The notes below the pieces were generated by a model. That model was not told the DNA's origin. It saw only the letters and a list, made by a program, of their open reading frames with translations, and ran no database searches. The position numbers and the translations under genes were made by a program. From contig JBGASG010000002.1 of NCBI GenBank assembly GCA_044229845.1, positions 256,001 through 320,000 of the forward strand: 64,000 nt of DNA, written 5' to 3'. The DNA comes from Candidatus Obscuribacteraceae bacterium. GTDB taxonomy: Bacteria; Cyanobacteriota; Vampirovibrionia; Obscuribacterales; Obscuribacteraceae. This document shows positions 9,418 through 19,323 of this stretch, in pieces. Each line of letters opens with the position of its first letter. Position 1 is the stretch's first letter.

Positions 9418-10521
9418 CTAACGTGCTCGCTGCAGAAGTCGCTTGCTTTCATCCGCACGATTGGTGCGCGAGAGCATCTCGGCATAGTCTTGAAAAAATG
9501 TACGCGTGTCGCAGATCGGTTCCAGCGTGAACGTATCCACCAGCCACTCCATGTGTTTGAATCGCGGTTCGAGATACGCGAATTTTCCCGACTTGATGGC
9601 CATCGAGATGCTCTTAGAAGTAATCTCGTTTTCGCGGTTGAACTCCTGTTTGGCTCGCTCGCGCGCGCTAGCCGGTGGATAGCTGAACGACACCTTGTTC
9701 GGGATGCGATCGTCCAGAATCGCCTTGATCAAGTCATAGCCAGTGTTGAGTGCTGTTCGATTATCCGTGAGGTCCTTTTCTTCGAGCTTGAACGACTGAC
9801 TGCCGGCAGTAAAAACCAACTCGCGAATGGCTCCCAGATCCTCTATGTCGTATTCGTTTTCCTGAACCCTTGTTATAGAGTTCCAGGACATGCGCCCACC
9901 TTTGGAGTGCTCGACGCCGTTGCCGTCCATGACAAAGTGCCCGAATCTTCCTCTAAACTCGAACGGCGCTTCGTTCAATCGCTGCTGTAACTCGCTGCGC
10001 GCAGACTGTGGATCAACCAGCAATTTCAACTTGCCTGGAATTTTTGAATTGAGCGAGCGTGCCGCCAAATAGTAGCGATCCTGAGACAAGTCGACTTCGA
10101 ACGGCGACTCTCTTCTGCTCTGGATGTTCAAAATCGCCAGTTCGCGTTCTTCAACGACCGTGACATCAGACCACGGAATCGCTATTGGTTTCTTGCCACT
10201 CGATGCAAAAAACATCCCCCAGTCGTTCAGCACCAGACTCGATGCCAGTCCGGGACTGAAATCAACCTCAAGTTCCGACCGCGCACCATGCATGTGCTTG
10301 CGACCCAGATCGCGCGCCTTGCCAAGATTTGTCTTGCCCATAAGAAAAAGCACGACCAAACCAATCAGCACAAACGGGAGGAAAAACCAGAAGACCGGAA
10401 CACAACAAAGAATAATCACGAAGACAATCAGCCCGCCCGCGATAACGCCCGGATTCGAGTAATCGACTCGGTCTCGCGTTGTCATTTCGTCGCGTGGCAG
10501 GTTCTCGGACATGTCATTCAC
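9418..10521 (-). CDS. Hypothetical membrane protein
   Basis: 367-aa ORF with two N-terminal TM segments, co-oriented with the SUKH genes. Confidence 0.75.
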   Translation of the reverse strand: MNDMSENLPRDEMTTRDRVDYSNPGVIAGGLIVFVIILCCVPVFWFFLPFVLIGLVVLFLMGKTNLGKARDLGRKHMHGARSELEVDFSPGLASSLVLNDWGMFFASSGKKPIAIPWSDVTVVEERELAILNIQSRRESPFEVDLSQDRYYLAARSLNSKIPGKLKLLVDPQSARSELQQRLNEAPFEFRGRFGHFVMDGNGVEHSKGGRMSWNSITRVQENEYDIEDLGAIRELVFTAGSQSFKLEEKDLTDNRTALNTGYDLIKAILDDRIPNKVSFSYPPASARERAKQEFNRENEITSKSISMAIKSGKFAYLEPRFKHMEWLVDTFTLEPICDTRTFFQDYAEMLSRTNRADESKRLLQRAR

Positions 10522-10570
10522 TTCAGCGTGTCAACGATCTATAGAAAATAGCATTTCATGGGACGCCAGA

Positions 10571-10626
10571 ATTAAAGCGATATCGTTTGGGGTTTGAGGT
10601 CTAAGCCCAAGTGATATCACTTCAGC
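10571..10626. repeat. GATATC-core palindromic repeat, 2 copies (34-bp period)
   Basis: AAAGCGATATCGTTT and CAAGTGATATCACTTCAG. Confidence 0.85.
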
Positions 10627-10668
10627 TTTTTCGACTAAAGCCTACGGGCGCCGGCATAGTCAAGAAGA

Positions 10669-10944
10669 TTAAATATCGACTTCGACACGGGTGAGGACGG
10701 GCTGTGCGCCGGTTTCCTCCCGTTGGACGTACCAGACTTTGATCGGCACCTGACCTGTTTGCATCTTCTGCTCGAATACATCGTATGAGCCGATCTGCCA
10801 GCGGTCATAGAAGATGATCGGCTGGTCGGCGCCGTCGGAGAGCATGACCTCGAACCAACGTGGCGAGTTTTTGGATTCTGAATAGGCGCGCCAGGTGCCC
10901 GAAGTGGCGGTGCTTTCTTTGAATTTTTCGGGCAAGCCGCTCAC
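10669..10944 (-). CDS. Hypothetical protein
   Basis: 91-aa ORF; its GTG start overlaps the upstream stop (GTGA). Confidence 0.5.
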   Translation of the reverse strand: MSGLPEKFKESTATSGTWRAYSESKNSPRWFEVMLSDGADQPIIFYDRWQIGSYDVFEQKMQTGQVPIKVWYVQREETGAQPVLTRVEVDI

Positions 10945-11147
10945 TTCCTTATTGGTCTGACTGCCTGACCACCAGGCCAGCGGTCCGATGCAATTTGATA
11001 GGAGATTGCGAACGCAATCAGGGCTATACCGGCAACAGCAAAGAGGACGAACAAAAAACCTTGCCCGACACTCAATTTCCAGAGGCTACGATGATATATT
11101 TCCTGGTAGGCCAAAAGAGCACCCTCGACCGCATTTAGCCCTATCAT
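10941..11147 (-). CDS. Small membrane protein (possibly the N-terminal half of a split gene with 10669-10944)
   Basis: 68 aa with one strong TM helix. Confidence 0.45.
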   Translation of the reverse strand: MIGLNAVEGALLAYQEIYHRSLWKLSVGQGFLFVLFAVAGIALIAFAISYQIASDRWPGGQAVRPIRK

Positions 11148-11229
11148 ACATCGGCAAATTCATACTGGCGTATGCGGACAGAGCAAAATTTAGCGTGCCA
11201 CCGCGCACGGTGAGGAATCAGTAAGAGCA

Positions 11230-12075
11230 ATGGCAACGTCTCAAGATCAGATCACGATAAAAACACTGGTGGAAGCCGGCGTGCATATGGGGCACCAGAC
11301 TCATCGCTGGAATCCTAAAATGCGTCCATACATCCATAGCACGCGCAACGGCATTCATATCATCGATCTGGAGCAGACCCTGCCGGCGCTGCAGAAGGCG
11401 TGCCAGGTCGTGGCTGAGGCGGCGAAGAAACGCAGCAACATCGTTTTTGTCGGAACGAAGAAGCAAGCCGCCGAGATCATTCAGGAAGAAGCGACGCGCT
11501 GCCGCGCTCACTACGTCAGTCGGCGCTGGCTTGGTGGCATGCTCACGAACTTCGAGACAGTGCGGTTGCGCATCGTGCGGTTGCGCGAGTTGGAACAAAT
11601 GCGCGAAACAGGCGAGTTCTACAGAAGACCGAAGAAGGAAGTTGCGGTGCTCAATCGCGAGTTGCTCAAACTCGAGAAATCGCTAGGCGGCTTGAAGAAT
11701 ATGCACGGCAAGCCGGATGTCCTCTTCGTGATTGATGTAAATCGCGAGTCTCTAGCGATTGAGGAAGCGAAGAAGATTGGAGCTACTGTAGTTGCGGTCG
11801 TCGATACGAATTGCGATCCGGATCGAGTTGATTACGTGATTCCGGGCAACGATGATTCGATGCGTTCTATTAAATTGATTGTCTCGGCGATTGCCGATGC
11901 TATTATGGGAGTTAGCCAGGACGCGCCCCCTCGCACTGACGTTCCAGACGCCCAACCGTCGGGAGTCCCTGGCAGGTCCGGTCGCCCCTCTGATGGCGGT
12001 TCCGAAAGCGGCCATGAAACCGAATCGGCATCGGCAGAGGAAGGAGAGGGCGGAGGGACCGACGAAAACGCCTGA
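11230..12075 (+). CDS. rpsB: 30S ribosomal protein S2 (stand-alone, divergent)
   Basis: EAGVHMGHQTHRWNPKM, FVGTKKQA, RWLGGMLTNF, VDTNCDPD, IPGNDD motifs; acidic C-terminal tail. Confidence 0.96.
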   Translation: MATSQDQITIKTLVEAGVHMGHQTHRWNPKMRPYIHSTRNGIHIIDLEQTLPALQKACQVVAEAAKKRSNIVFVGTKKQAAEIIQEEATRCRAHYVSRRWLGGMLTNFETVRLRIVRLRELEQMRETGEFYRRPKKEVAVLNRELLKLEKSLGGLKNMHGKPDVLFVIDVNRESLAIEEAKKIGATVVAVVDTNCDPDRVDYVIPGNDDSMRSIKLIVSAIADAIMGVSQDAPPRTDVPDAQPSGVPGRSGRPSDGGSESGHETESASAEEGEGGGTDENA

Positions 12076-12128
12076 CGCCCAGGTGAATTCCTGAGACCCT
12101 ACGACAGTGTCGTGAAACTTCTATTTGC

Positions 12129-12551
12129 TCAGCCGACGGTGTTATTAGGCATGTAAACGGACAGCGCAAGGCGGGCACCAATCCGCGCGACTTGCCTGAT
12201 CGCTTCAACCGATAGCAGAGGCTGCCCGACTCGCAAATCGCCGGCGTCCGCGTCAAACCCGATATCGAACATGCGATCCTGGGCGTTGTTCCAGGCATCG
12301 CGGGCGGTATCGGTCAGCCCGTCGACCAGCTTGCAGAGGGCGATCACCGTGGCATCGGCAGTGTTCTCGGCATCGGTTGCGCAGGAGATGCCGCAACCAC
12401 TCAGTTCAACCGACAAGAGAAATGTCCCGGACTCGGGTTCAGTCTCGCCGCAGTAGAGAACGTCGACACTTTCACCCAGCCCGTCTCGCAGCGGTTGCAA
12501 ATCAAACTGCGAGCGAATCTCCAAATCGACGTTGCGATATCTGGCGCCCAC
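12129..12551 (-). CDS. Hypothetical protein
   Basis: 140-aa ORF beginning 2 nt after the kinase stop. Confidence 0.65.
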   Translation of the reverse strand: MGARYRNVDLEIRSQFDLQPLRDGLGESVDVLYCGETEPESGTFLLSVELSGCGISCATDAENTADATVIALCKLVDGLTDTARDAWNNAQDRMFDIGFDADAGDLRVGQPLLSVEAIRQVARIGARLALSVYMPNNTVG

Positions 12552-12553
12552 AA

Positions 12554-14848
12554 TTACCTGCTCAGCGAAGCTTCGATCTTGGGCAGGTCTTTTTCGCGGT
12601 GTGTTTGCTTAAGCAATTGGCGATATAAATCGCGCAGGCGGACACGTTCCACTTCGTATTCCGCATCCTTTTTGTCCACGTTTTTCAGCATGCTCAGCGA
12701 CTCGCGGAAGTTGTCTTCGGCGAGCGCCGGTTTGCGGTTCTTGAGATAGAACTCGCCCAGCAAGGTGGTGCCGTAAACCGAAAACGCGTTCTTCGGACCG
12801 AAGCTCTTCAAAAATGCTTTCTTGGCGAAGTCAAAGTACTTCTCCGCTTCGGCGAAGTTGCCTTGCTCGTGGAGGAGCGCGGCGTAGTTATCGGCGACCC
12901 CGCCCATGTACGCAGGATTGTCGCGGTAGAGCATGATGGCTTTCTGATAGTGGTCGGCGGCATCGGCCGGGCGGCGTTCGCGCTTGGCGATGTCGCCGAG
13001 GGCTTGTTCCGCGATACCGGTGATGATGGCATCGGATTTATACGTCCGCTGCAGTGCCACCAGTTGTTCATAAACCTGTTTGCCGGTCAGGTCGTTGCCC
13101 TGTTTGACGAGCACGTCTCCGTATAACTTCAGGATGCGCGCTCTTTCGGCAGGCGCGATTTTGGTTTTCGGCAGCTGTTTCACCATCGCCGCCAGTATGT
13201 CTTCAGCGCCGCTGTTCAAGCCGCGTTTCGCCAGGTCTTGCGAATAGAGAAAACCCGGTGTATTCCAACTCGGATCAGCCGGTTTGTTGTCGATAATGGC
13301 AAGCAACGTGGTGGCAGCCTTGCGATCGTCGTGCTGGGTCACGGCTTCGCGGTATCGCTGCCAGTGCCCAGGCATATCGAAGGGAGCCAGTTTCCACGAG
13401 ATGAACGTGCCGACGGCACCGACCAGTGCTACGGAACCGGCGACAGCGACCAGGCATTTGACGTTGCGGACCGCGCTCTTCAGCGAGAACTTGCGCGGCA
13501 CCTTCTTGCGTTTCTTGCACTTGAGCAAATCTTTGAGCACTTCGTCGACGTTCTTGTAACGAGCGTTCAAGTCTTTGTGCAGACACTTGAGTGTGAGCTT
13601 CTCAAGTTTCTTGTTGAACTTGATTTGCAGCTGACCGAAAGTCTTCGGTGTTTCGGTCAGTCGCGCGCGCACCGTTTCAGTAAGGTTGTCACCGCATGTA
13701 GGCAGAGAGCCGGTGGCGGTTTCGTACATGACGCAGCCGAGGCTGAAGATGTCCGAGCGCTTATCGGCGGGACGCCCCATACATTGCTCGGGACTCATGT
13801 AGAAAGGCGTTCCATGCACATCGCCCATCTTGTTGAGATTGAGGTCGATGCCGGCGGTGTTATCCGTGGATTTCGAAATGCCGAAGTCGGCAAGTTTCAC
13901 CAACCAGGAACCGTCTTCTTTTTCGGCAATTAGAATATTGCTTGGTTTAACGTCGCGGTGCACGATGCCCGCGCGATGTCCTTCGCGCAATCCCAGGCAG
14001 ACCTGCTCGAACACTTCCACGAAGCGCTCGTCGCTAAGGGTGCCGTGCTGTTTGAGGATATCGGCGAGCGTGCGTCCCTCAACGAACTCCATGACGAGAA
14101 AGGGTGTGTCTTCGGCGACACCGGATTCGAATATGGTGACGATGTTGTCGCCTGTCAGTTTGCAGGCGCGTCGGGCTTCATCGAGAAACTTCTTAACCAG
14201 GCGACGCTCTTTGTCGCGGCGCGTATCGAACAACTTGACGGCGACCGGCTGGTCGCGCTTCTTGTGCACCGCCAGATATACAGACGTCATGCCGCTGCCG
14301 CCGATGACGCCAACCGGCGCATATACTTCGGACAACAACTCGGGGAACGGCAAAATATTGAAGCGCTGCACGGTGTCGCTGGCGGTGCCCTGCCACTGGC
14401 GCGCGTCAAAAGCGTGCTGGGCAAAAACATCGACGGGATCCAGTTCAGCTTCGGCGTCCGGATCGTCATTCCAGACTATGGTCTCGGTATATACAAGGTG
14501 ATCAACATCGGCTCGGCGCGCGGTTTCTGCTGCCAGCGCCGACGCCAGCGGAGCCACCGGCACTGCCGACAGAGCCGCGGTATCGAAGGCGATGGCGTCG
14601 TCATAGAGCACCGAATCGTCGCGAACTTCGGGATCGTCGGTGTCGTACGGATCTTGATAGACCAGCGTGTCTTCGAAGAACGCGCCGAACTCATCTTCGG
14701 TAGCCTTGGGATCAAAACCGAGATGGCGGCGAGCCTCCGTCGCGGGCGGGGGCTCGGTATTAGCAGCTTCGCTGGAAGCGGGCTCTGAAGATTCCTCCGA
14801 TACTAACGAAAGTTCAGCACCACGGACAGTATCGGGATCTTGAAACAA
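12554..14848 (-). CDS. Hanks-type Ser/Thr protein kinase with TM helix and C-terminal TPRs
   Basis: VAVK, HRDVKPSN, DFG, GTPFYMSPEQ, DIFSLG; TM segment; TPR repeats; long acidic N-terminus. Confidence 0.93.
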   Translation of the reverse strand: MFQDPDTVRGAELSLVSEESSEPASSEAANTEPPPATEARRHLGFDPKATEDEFGAFFEDTLVYQDPYDTDDPEVRDDSVLYDDAIAFDTAALSAVPVAPLASALAAETARRADVDHLVYTETIVWNDDPDAEAELDPVDVFAQHAFDARQWQGTASDTVQRFNILPFPELLSEVYAPVGVIGGSGMTSVYLAVHKKRDQPVAVKLFDTRRDKERRLVKKFLDEARRACKLTGDNIVTIFESGVAEDTPFLVMEFVEGRTLADILKQHGTLSDERFVEVFEQVCLGLREGHRAGIVHRDVKPSNILIAEKEDGSWLVKLADFGISKSTDNTAGIDLNLNKMGDVHGTPFYMSPEQCMGRPADKRSDIFSLGCVMYETATGSLPTCGDNLTETVRARLTETPKTFGQLQIKFNKKLEKLTLKCLHKDLNARYKNVDEVLKDLLKCKKRKKVPRKFSLKSAVRNVKCLVAVAGSVALVGAVGTFISWKLAPFDMPGHWQRYREAVTQHDDRKAATTLLAIIDNKPADPSWNTPGFLYSQDLAKRGLNSGAEDILAAMVKQLPKTKIAPAERARILKLYGDVLVKQGNDLTGKQVYEQLVALQRTYKSDAIITGIAEQALGDIAKRERRPADAADHYQKAIMLYRDNPAYMGGVADNYAALLHEQGNFAEAEKYFDFAKKAFLKSFGPKNAFSVYGTTLLGEFYLKNRKPALAEDNFRESLSMLKNVDKKDAEYEVERVRLRDLYRQLLKQTHREKDLPKIEASLSR

Positions 14849-14991
14849 CGCGATCTCTTCCTCGCTTCGGGTCGCTCGAGGTAATTGTAAGGGGTATTCG
14901 CTTCATCGTGCCTTAAAAGTGCGGAAAACCTGTCGAAAACTGCGAAGAAATTTTCGACGGTATATATCAGCGATATGGAAACGCGACTCTA

Positions 14992-17316
14992 TCAGGGACC
15001 AGACGCAGAGGCTTCCTTCGCTGGTGCATCCAATCCCGCGCGCGGGCTGGATGGTATTACTCCCAGTATCACGTCGTCGCCGTCCCAGTTTTTGATGATC
15101 ACCGGTGTCTGCAGCTTGGCGCGATCTCTGAGCACTTCTTCCTCGACCTTCTCGCGCAGATATGTGCAGGCATTGGACAGCGAAGTCTTGTCTCCCTGCT
15201 GGCGCAATCCTTCCAGCAAGCGGTAGGTGAAGACGCCGTTCTTGCTGGTGCGCGACTCCCACGACACCTGATCGGCGTCGCTGGATGCAATCAATACTTG
15301 CCCTTTGCCGAGCACCACGCCGTCGACATTGAACGGGCTGGCTGCCGCGGTGCGAGCCAGTCCCTTCTGCTCGTCGCTCTTCACGGCACCGGCATGGCAA
15401 ACATCCAGTACCAGCACGGTGCGATCGCAGTGCACCATTTTCTTGATGCTGCCGGTCAACCATTGCATGGGAATGCCCGAAAGTTCCAGGTTATCCATGG
15501 AGGTTTCGTAGGTGACAATCAGGTTGGAGCCCTTCGCCGTATCGGAAGGAGCGCTGCCATGGCTCGACATATATATCACGACGAGATCATCGGGTTTGGC
15601 CACGCGCCCCAGCCATCCGGTGCCGAGCGCATTGACGATGTTGTCGTGGGTGGCCTGTTCGTTGGTCAACAGTTTGACGTGGTCGGGCTGGAAGTGCGCC
15701 TCGCCGACCAGGTAATTGCGGAAGTCCGTGGCATCCTTGGCGGCATATTTGAGATTGAGTTCCGGGTCTTCGAACGAGCTGATACCGACAACGACCGCCC
15801 ACTTATCTTTGACCGGTCGATTGAGATCGGCGGACCGACCAATTTTGACCTGGGTGCCCGTGGTGTCCTCGGCGGTGGCAGAAGCGGTGGCGCTGGTGCC
15901 TGTGCCGGCGGCGGGGGCGGGGGCGGCGGATTTCTTCTCGGGCTCGACCAGCTTGCTGGAGCCGGGCAGCGCTTTCTTGATCACCAGTGACTGCCGCGAC
16001 AATTTGTCGGCTTCCGCTTGTTTGCCCTGGGCGGCGAGCACTCGCGAGAGGTTGTCGAGATCGGCGGCGATGGCTGGATCCGTGAAGCCGAGGCGCTCCT
16101 GATCTTTAGCCAGCACCTCGCGATACATAGACTCGGCGTCGATATAATTCTCGGTGGCGCGATAGGCGGCAGCCAGATCGTTCATCGATGAAACCAGACT
16201 GGAAGGCGCGATACCCGGAGTGTTCTGCTGTATCTTCAGCACGCGGTCGTAAATTAATTGCGCCTGGGCAAATTCCCGGCGGGTCCACGCGTGCTTGGCT
16301 TTGTTTCTCAACGGCACCACCATCGATGCATGATTCGGTCCGAACATGCCTTCAACCGTTTTCAAAACTCGGTCGTTGATCGCGTCAGCTTCGGCAACGT
16401 TGCTGCCCATGCCATCGTATTCGGTGACCAGGCAATTGAGGCTGTTCAGCGAAAACAATGTGTCGACGCCGTGCTCTTTCTCATTGATCGCCAGAGCACG
16501 CTTTGTAAGCGGCAACGCTTCGGCATACTTACCCTGTTCGATCAGCAATATCGCCAGGAAGTCCAGAAGCGGTCCGTTTTGATCGTTGTCGGCGCCGCGC
16601 GCTTTCTCATTGATAGCCAGAGCGTCTTTCAGAAGCTTGGTCGCTTCGGTGTATCTGATCTGCTCTTCATAGCGAATGCCGCGATGCAGCATGCACTGCA
16701 CTACTTTCACATCCGTGGGACCCAGTTTGGTTTCATAGATCTTCTGAGCGCGCAGGGAGGTGGTTTCGGCTTCCGCATATTTCTTTTGCTTGCCGTACAG
16801 ATCTGCCAGCGATGAAAGCATGCCGGCGACGGTGGTGCTGTCGCCACCCTCGGTTTTGGTAGCCATCCCGATCGCCTTGGTGAGGAGCGCTTCCGCCTCG
16901 GGATACTGGCGCTGCCCGCTATAAACTCCGGCCAGGCTGGCGACCACCATCGCCGCATTGACCGAGCCGGCGCCGTATTCTTTTTCGCAGACAGCCAGTT
17001 CCTTTTTGTAGTTGGCTTCGGCTTCGGCGTATTTGTTTTCTTGCAGCAAGACCAGCGACAGCATCTCCATGATCACGCAGCGCTGTCCAGCTTTCACCGT
17101 CGGTTCTTCTTCGGCCGACTTGAGCGCCGAGGTCAGAAGTTTTTCCGCTTCCTGATAGTTGCCCTTGCCGAAAGCCATCATGCCTTCCTTCATGAAGGTG
17201 TTCCACATCGCCTCCTGCGCGTGCGCGGCAGGCAAGTATGCGGAAGGCGGCGAGGGCGAAAACCAGGGCAGCGTCAGGGACATAGACAAAGCGGCAAGCA
17301 CAAAACGTCTGACCAT
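14992..17316 (-). CDS. Exported TPR-repeat caspase-family (peptidase C14) protein
   Basis: Signal peptide; multiple ~42-aa TPRs; DKWAVVVGIS, SSHG, DVCHAG, GVFT. Confidence 0.92.
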   Translation of the reverse strand: MVRRFVLAALSMSLTLPWFSPSPPSAYLPAAHAQEAMWNTFMKEGMMAFGKGNYQEAEKLLTSALKSAEEEPTVKAGQRCVIMEMLSLVLLQENKYAEAEANYKKELAVCEKEYGAGSVNAAMVVASLAGVYSGQRQYPEAEALLTKAIGMATKTEGGDSTTVAGMLSSLADLYGKQKKYAEAETTSLRAQKIYETKLGPTDVKVVQCMLHRGIRYEEQIRYTEATKLLKDALAINEKARGADNDQNGPLLDFLAILLIEQGKYAEALPLTKRALAINEKEHGVDTLFSLNSLNCLVTEYDGMGSNVAEADAINDRVLKTVEGMFGPNHASMVVPLRNKAKHAWTRREFAQAQLIYDRVLKIQQNTPGIAPSSLVSSMNDLAAAYRATENYIDAESMYREVLAKDQERLGFTDPAIAADLDNLSRVLAAQGKQAEADKLSRQSLVIKKALPGSSKLVEPEKKSAAPAPAAGTGTSATASATAEDTTGTQVKIGRSADLNRPVKDKWAVVVGISSFEDPELNLKYAAKDATDFRNYLVGEAHFQPDHVKLLTNEQATHDNIVNALGTGWLGRVAKPDDLVVIYMSSHGSAPSDTAKGSNLIVTYETSMDNLELSGIPMQWLTGSIKKMVHCDRTVLVLDVCHAGAVKSDEQKGLARTAAASPFNVDGVVLGKGQVLIASSDADQVSWESRTSKNGVFTYRLLEGLRQQGDKTSLSNACTYLREKVEEEVLRDRAKLQTPVIIKNWDGDDVILGVIPSSPRAGLDAPAKEASASGP

Positions 17317-17581
17317 GCTGCGGCGACTCCGTGTCTGGGGATTAGTGTATTAGCCTCTCTCCATTGTCGGACACGGCGGCGCAAAGCGGTCCTATATATA
17401 ACGAAATTTACCGTCCGTGTAGCCTAATGACTTCCTGGCAAGCGGCGGGCAGTGGCGGGCAAGGCGTCGCGGCAAGGCAGCGTTCGCCTCCGGGGTGATC
17501 AAACAGACGTTCGACGCCTCAGGAAACCGCGGATGATAACTGGGATAATGCAGGGATGCTGGGCATGATCGGGTATCGGCG

Positions 17582-18598
17582 ATGAATCTATTGATTCTTG
17601 GTGGCACAGTTTTCCTGGGGCGGCATCTGGTTTCGGCGGCGAGAGCGGCTGGTCACACAGTGACGACGTTCAATCGCGGAACCAACAAATTGCCCGAGCA
17701 GGCATCCGCCGACTTGGAAAAGGTAACCGGTGACCGCAATCAGAACGCCGACCTGGCTCGTCTTGCCGGCGCCGGCAAAACCTGGGATGCGGTCATCGAT
17801 ACATGCGGCTACACACCGCCTGCGGTGGCGGCATCGGCGACGGCTCTCAAGGACTGTGCCGGAAAGTATGTTTTCATCTCGAGCATTTCGGTATACCAGG
17901 ACTTTCGCCAGACCGGCATGGACGAAACCGCTCCGCTGCGCAAGAAACCCATTGACGGCGAGGACGATTACGGCTCACTAAAGGCTGCGTGCGAAACCGC
18001 AGTCAGCCGGGTCTACGGCGACAACGCTATCTGCGTGCGGGCCGGTTTGATAGTCGGTCCATTTGATTCGACAGATCGATTCACCTATTGGCCGGGACGG
18101 GTGGCGGCAGGCGGGAAGGTTCTGGCGCCGGGCAATCCGGATCGGCGGGTGCAGTTTATTGATGTTCGCGACCTGTCCGATTGGATTTTGCGGGTGGTGG
18201 CAAGTGAAGGTTCCGGAGCCTACAATGCCACCGGTCCGAACTTTCCCCTTTCTATGGATCACTTTCTGGATGAGTGCAAGGCGGCTACCGAAAGTGATGC
18301 GGAGTTTGTCTGGCTATCCGACGAAGAGCTGACCGCGGCCGGCGTCGAAGACTGGACGCAGCTGCCTCTCTGGCTGCCGGAATCGAATGAAGACTTTCGT
18401 GGTTTCATGAGCATCGACTGCACCAAGGCTCACGTTGCCGAATTGACCTATCGCCCGCTTGCCGATACCATCCGCGACACGCTCACCTGGGATCGCACCC
18501 GCGACGCCGCGCTGCAGCGCAAAGCCGGCTTGCCGCCGCAGCGCGAAACCGAACTCCTGACGGCCCATGCCGCCGCGGCGTCCGCTCAAATCTCCTGA
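17582..18598 (+). CDS. NAD-dependent epimerase/dehydratase (extended SDR)
   Basis: LILGGTVFLG Rossmann motif, SSISVY, YGSLK. Confidence 0.9.
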   Translation: MNLLILGGTVFLGRHLVSAARAAGHTVTTFNRGTNKLPEQASADLEKVTGDRNQNADLARLAGAGKTWDAVIDTCGYTPPAVAASATALKDCAGKYVFISSISVYQDFRQTGMDETAPLRKKPIDGEDDYGSLKAACETAVSRVYGDNAICVRAGLIVGPFDSTDRFTYWPGRVAAGGKVLAPGNPDRRVQFIDVRDLSDWILRVVASEGSGAYNATGPNFPLSMDHFLDECKAATESDAEFVWLSDEELTAAGVEDWTQLPLWLPESNEDFRGFMSIDCTKAHVAELTYRPLADTIRDTLTWDRTRDAALQRKAGLPPQRETELLTAHAAAASAQIS

Positions 18599-19281
18599 TG
18601 ACTGGCGACCTTTCTATGAATGGCTTCGCTGTGCAGCACGCGGTGGTGGCGCCCGAGCAATTGACGTCGCTGTTGACACAAGTCGAACCGCTGCGCGCGC
18701 GCGGCGAATCAGAAGCGGGAATGCGCCTGCTGCTGCAACGTTCGGAGGCGGTGCGCCACTTCGCTTATTCAGATAAGCTTTCGTCCATGGCGCGAAGTGC
18801 ATTGGGCGAGGGAGTTCCAAAACCGGTCCGCGCGATACTGTTTGACAAGACGCCCAATTCTAACTGGTATGTAACCTGGCATCAGGATGTCACAATCGCG
18901 GTCAAGGAGCGCATTGATGTTCCCGGTTACGGACCGTGGTCCATCAAATCAGGTGTGCACCACGTGCAACCGCCGGCGGCGGTGCTACAAAATATGGTGG
19001 CACTGCGCATACATATAGATGATTCGCCCCTGGAGAACGGACCGATCAATTTCATCCCCGAGTCGCACCGGCTGGGCATTCTCGATCCGCAATCGATCGC
19101 CGAACTGCGCACACAACGCCAGTCTGTGTCCGTTCCAGCCGCGGCCGGCGACATCATTTTGATGAAACCGCTGATCCTGCACAGCTCACCTGTTTCTTCC
19201 AATCCCGCGCATCGCCGCGTTCTGCACATCGAGTACGCCGCATACGATCTGCCCGCCGGACTACAATGGACCGAGGCGTAA
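18598..19281 (+). CDS. Phytanoyl-CoA dioxygenase (PhyH)-family Fe(II)/2OG enzyme
   Basis: WHQD...LHSS...RRVLH iron-binding pattern; TGATG coupling to the upstream gene. Confidence 0.88.
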   Translation: MTGDLSMNGFAVQHAVVAPEQLTSLLTQVEPLRARGESEAGMRLLLQRSEAVRHFAYSDKLSSMARSALGEGVPKPVRAILFDKTPNSNWYVTWHQDVTIAVKERIDVPGYGPWSIKSGVHHVQPPAAVLQNMVALRIHIDDSPLENGPINFIPESHRLGILDPQSIAELRTQRQSVSVPAAAGDIILMKPLILHSSPVSSNPAHRRVLHIEYAAYDLPAGLQWTEA

Positions 19282-19323
19282 CGGCTGAGGAAAGCGACTG
19301 ACGCATAGCGACCGAGGCATAAA

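Noticed and set aside
8974..9990. Long antisense ORFs (also 5319-6305, 29869-30888, 30500-31519, 41908-42822, 48426-49349)
   Set aside because: Shadow frames opposite well-supported genes in GC-rich DNA, with no recognisable motifs
17400..17445. Fluoride riboswitch-like CTAATGACTTCCT; also looked upstream of crcB
   Set aside because: No 5' GATG...CGCC element and not adjacent to crcB; nothing similar precedes crcB
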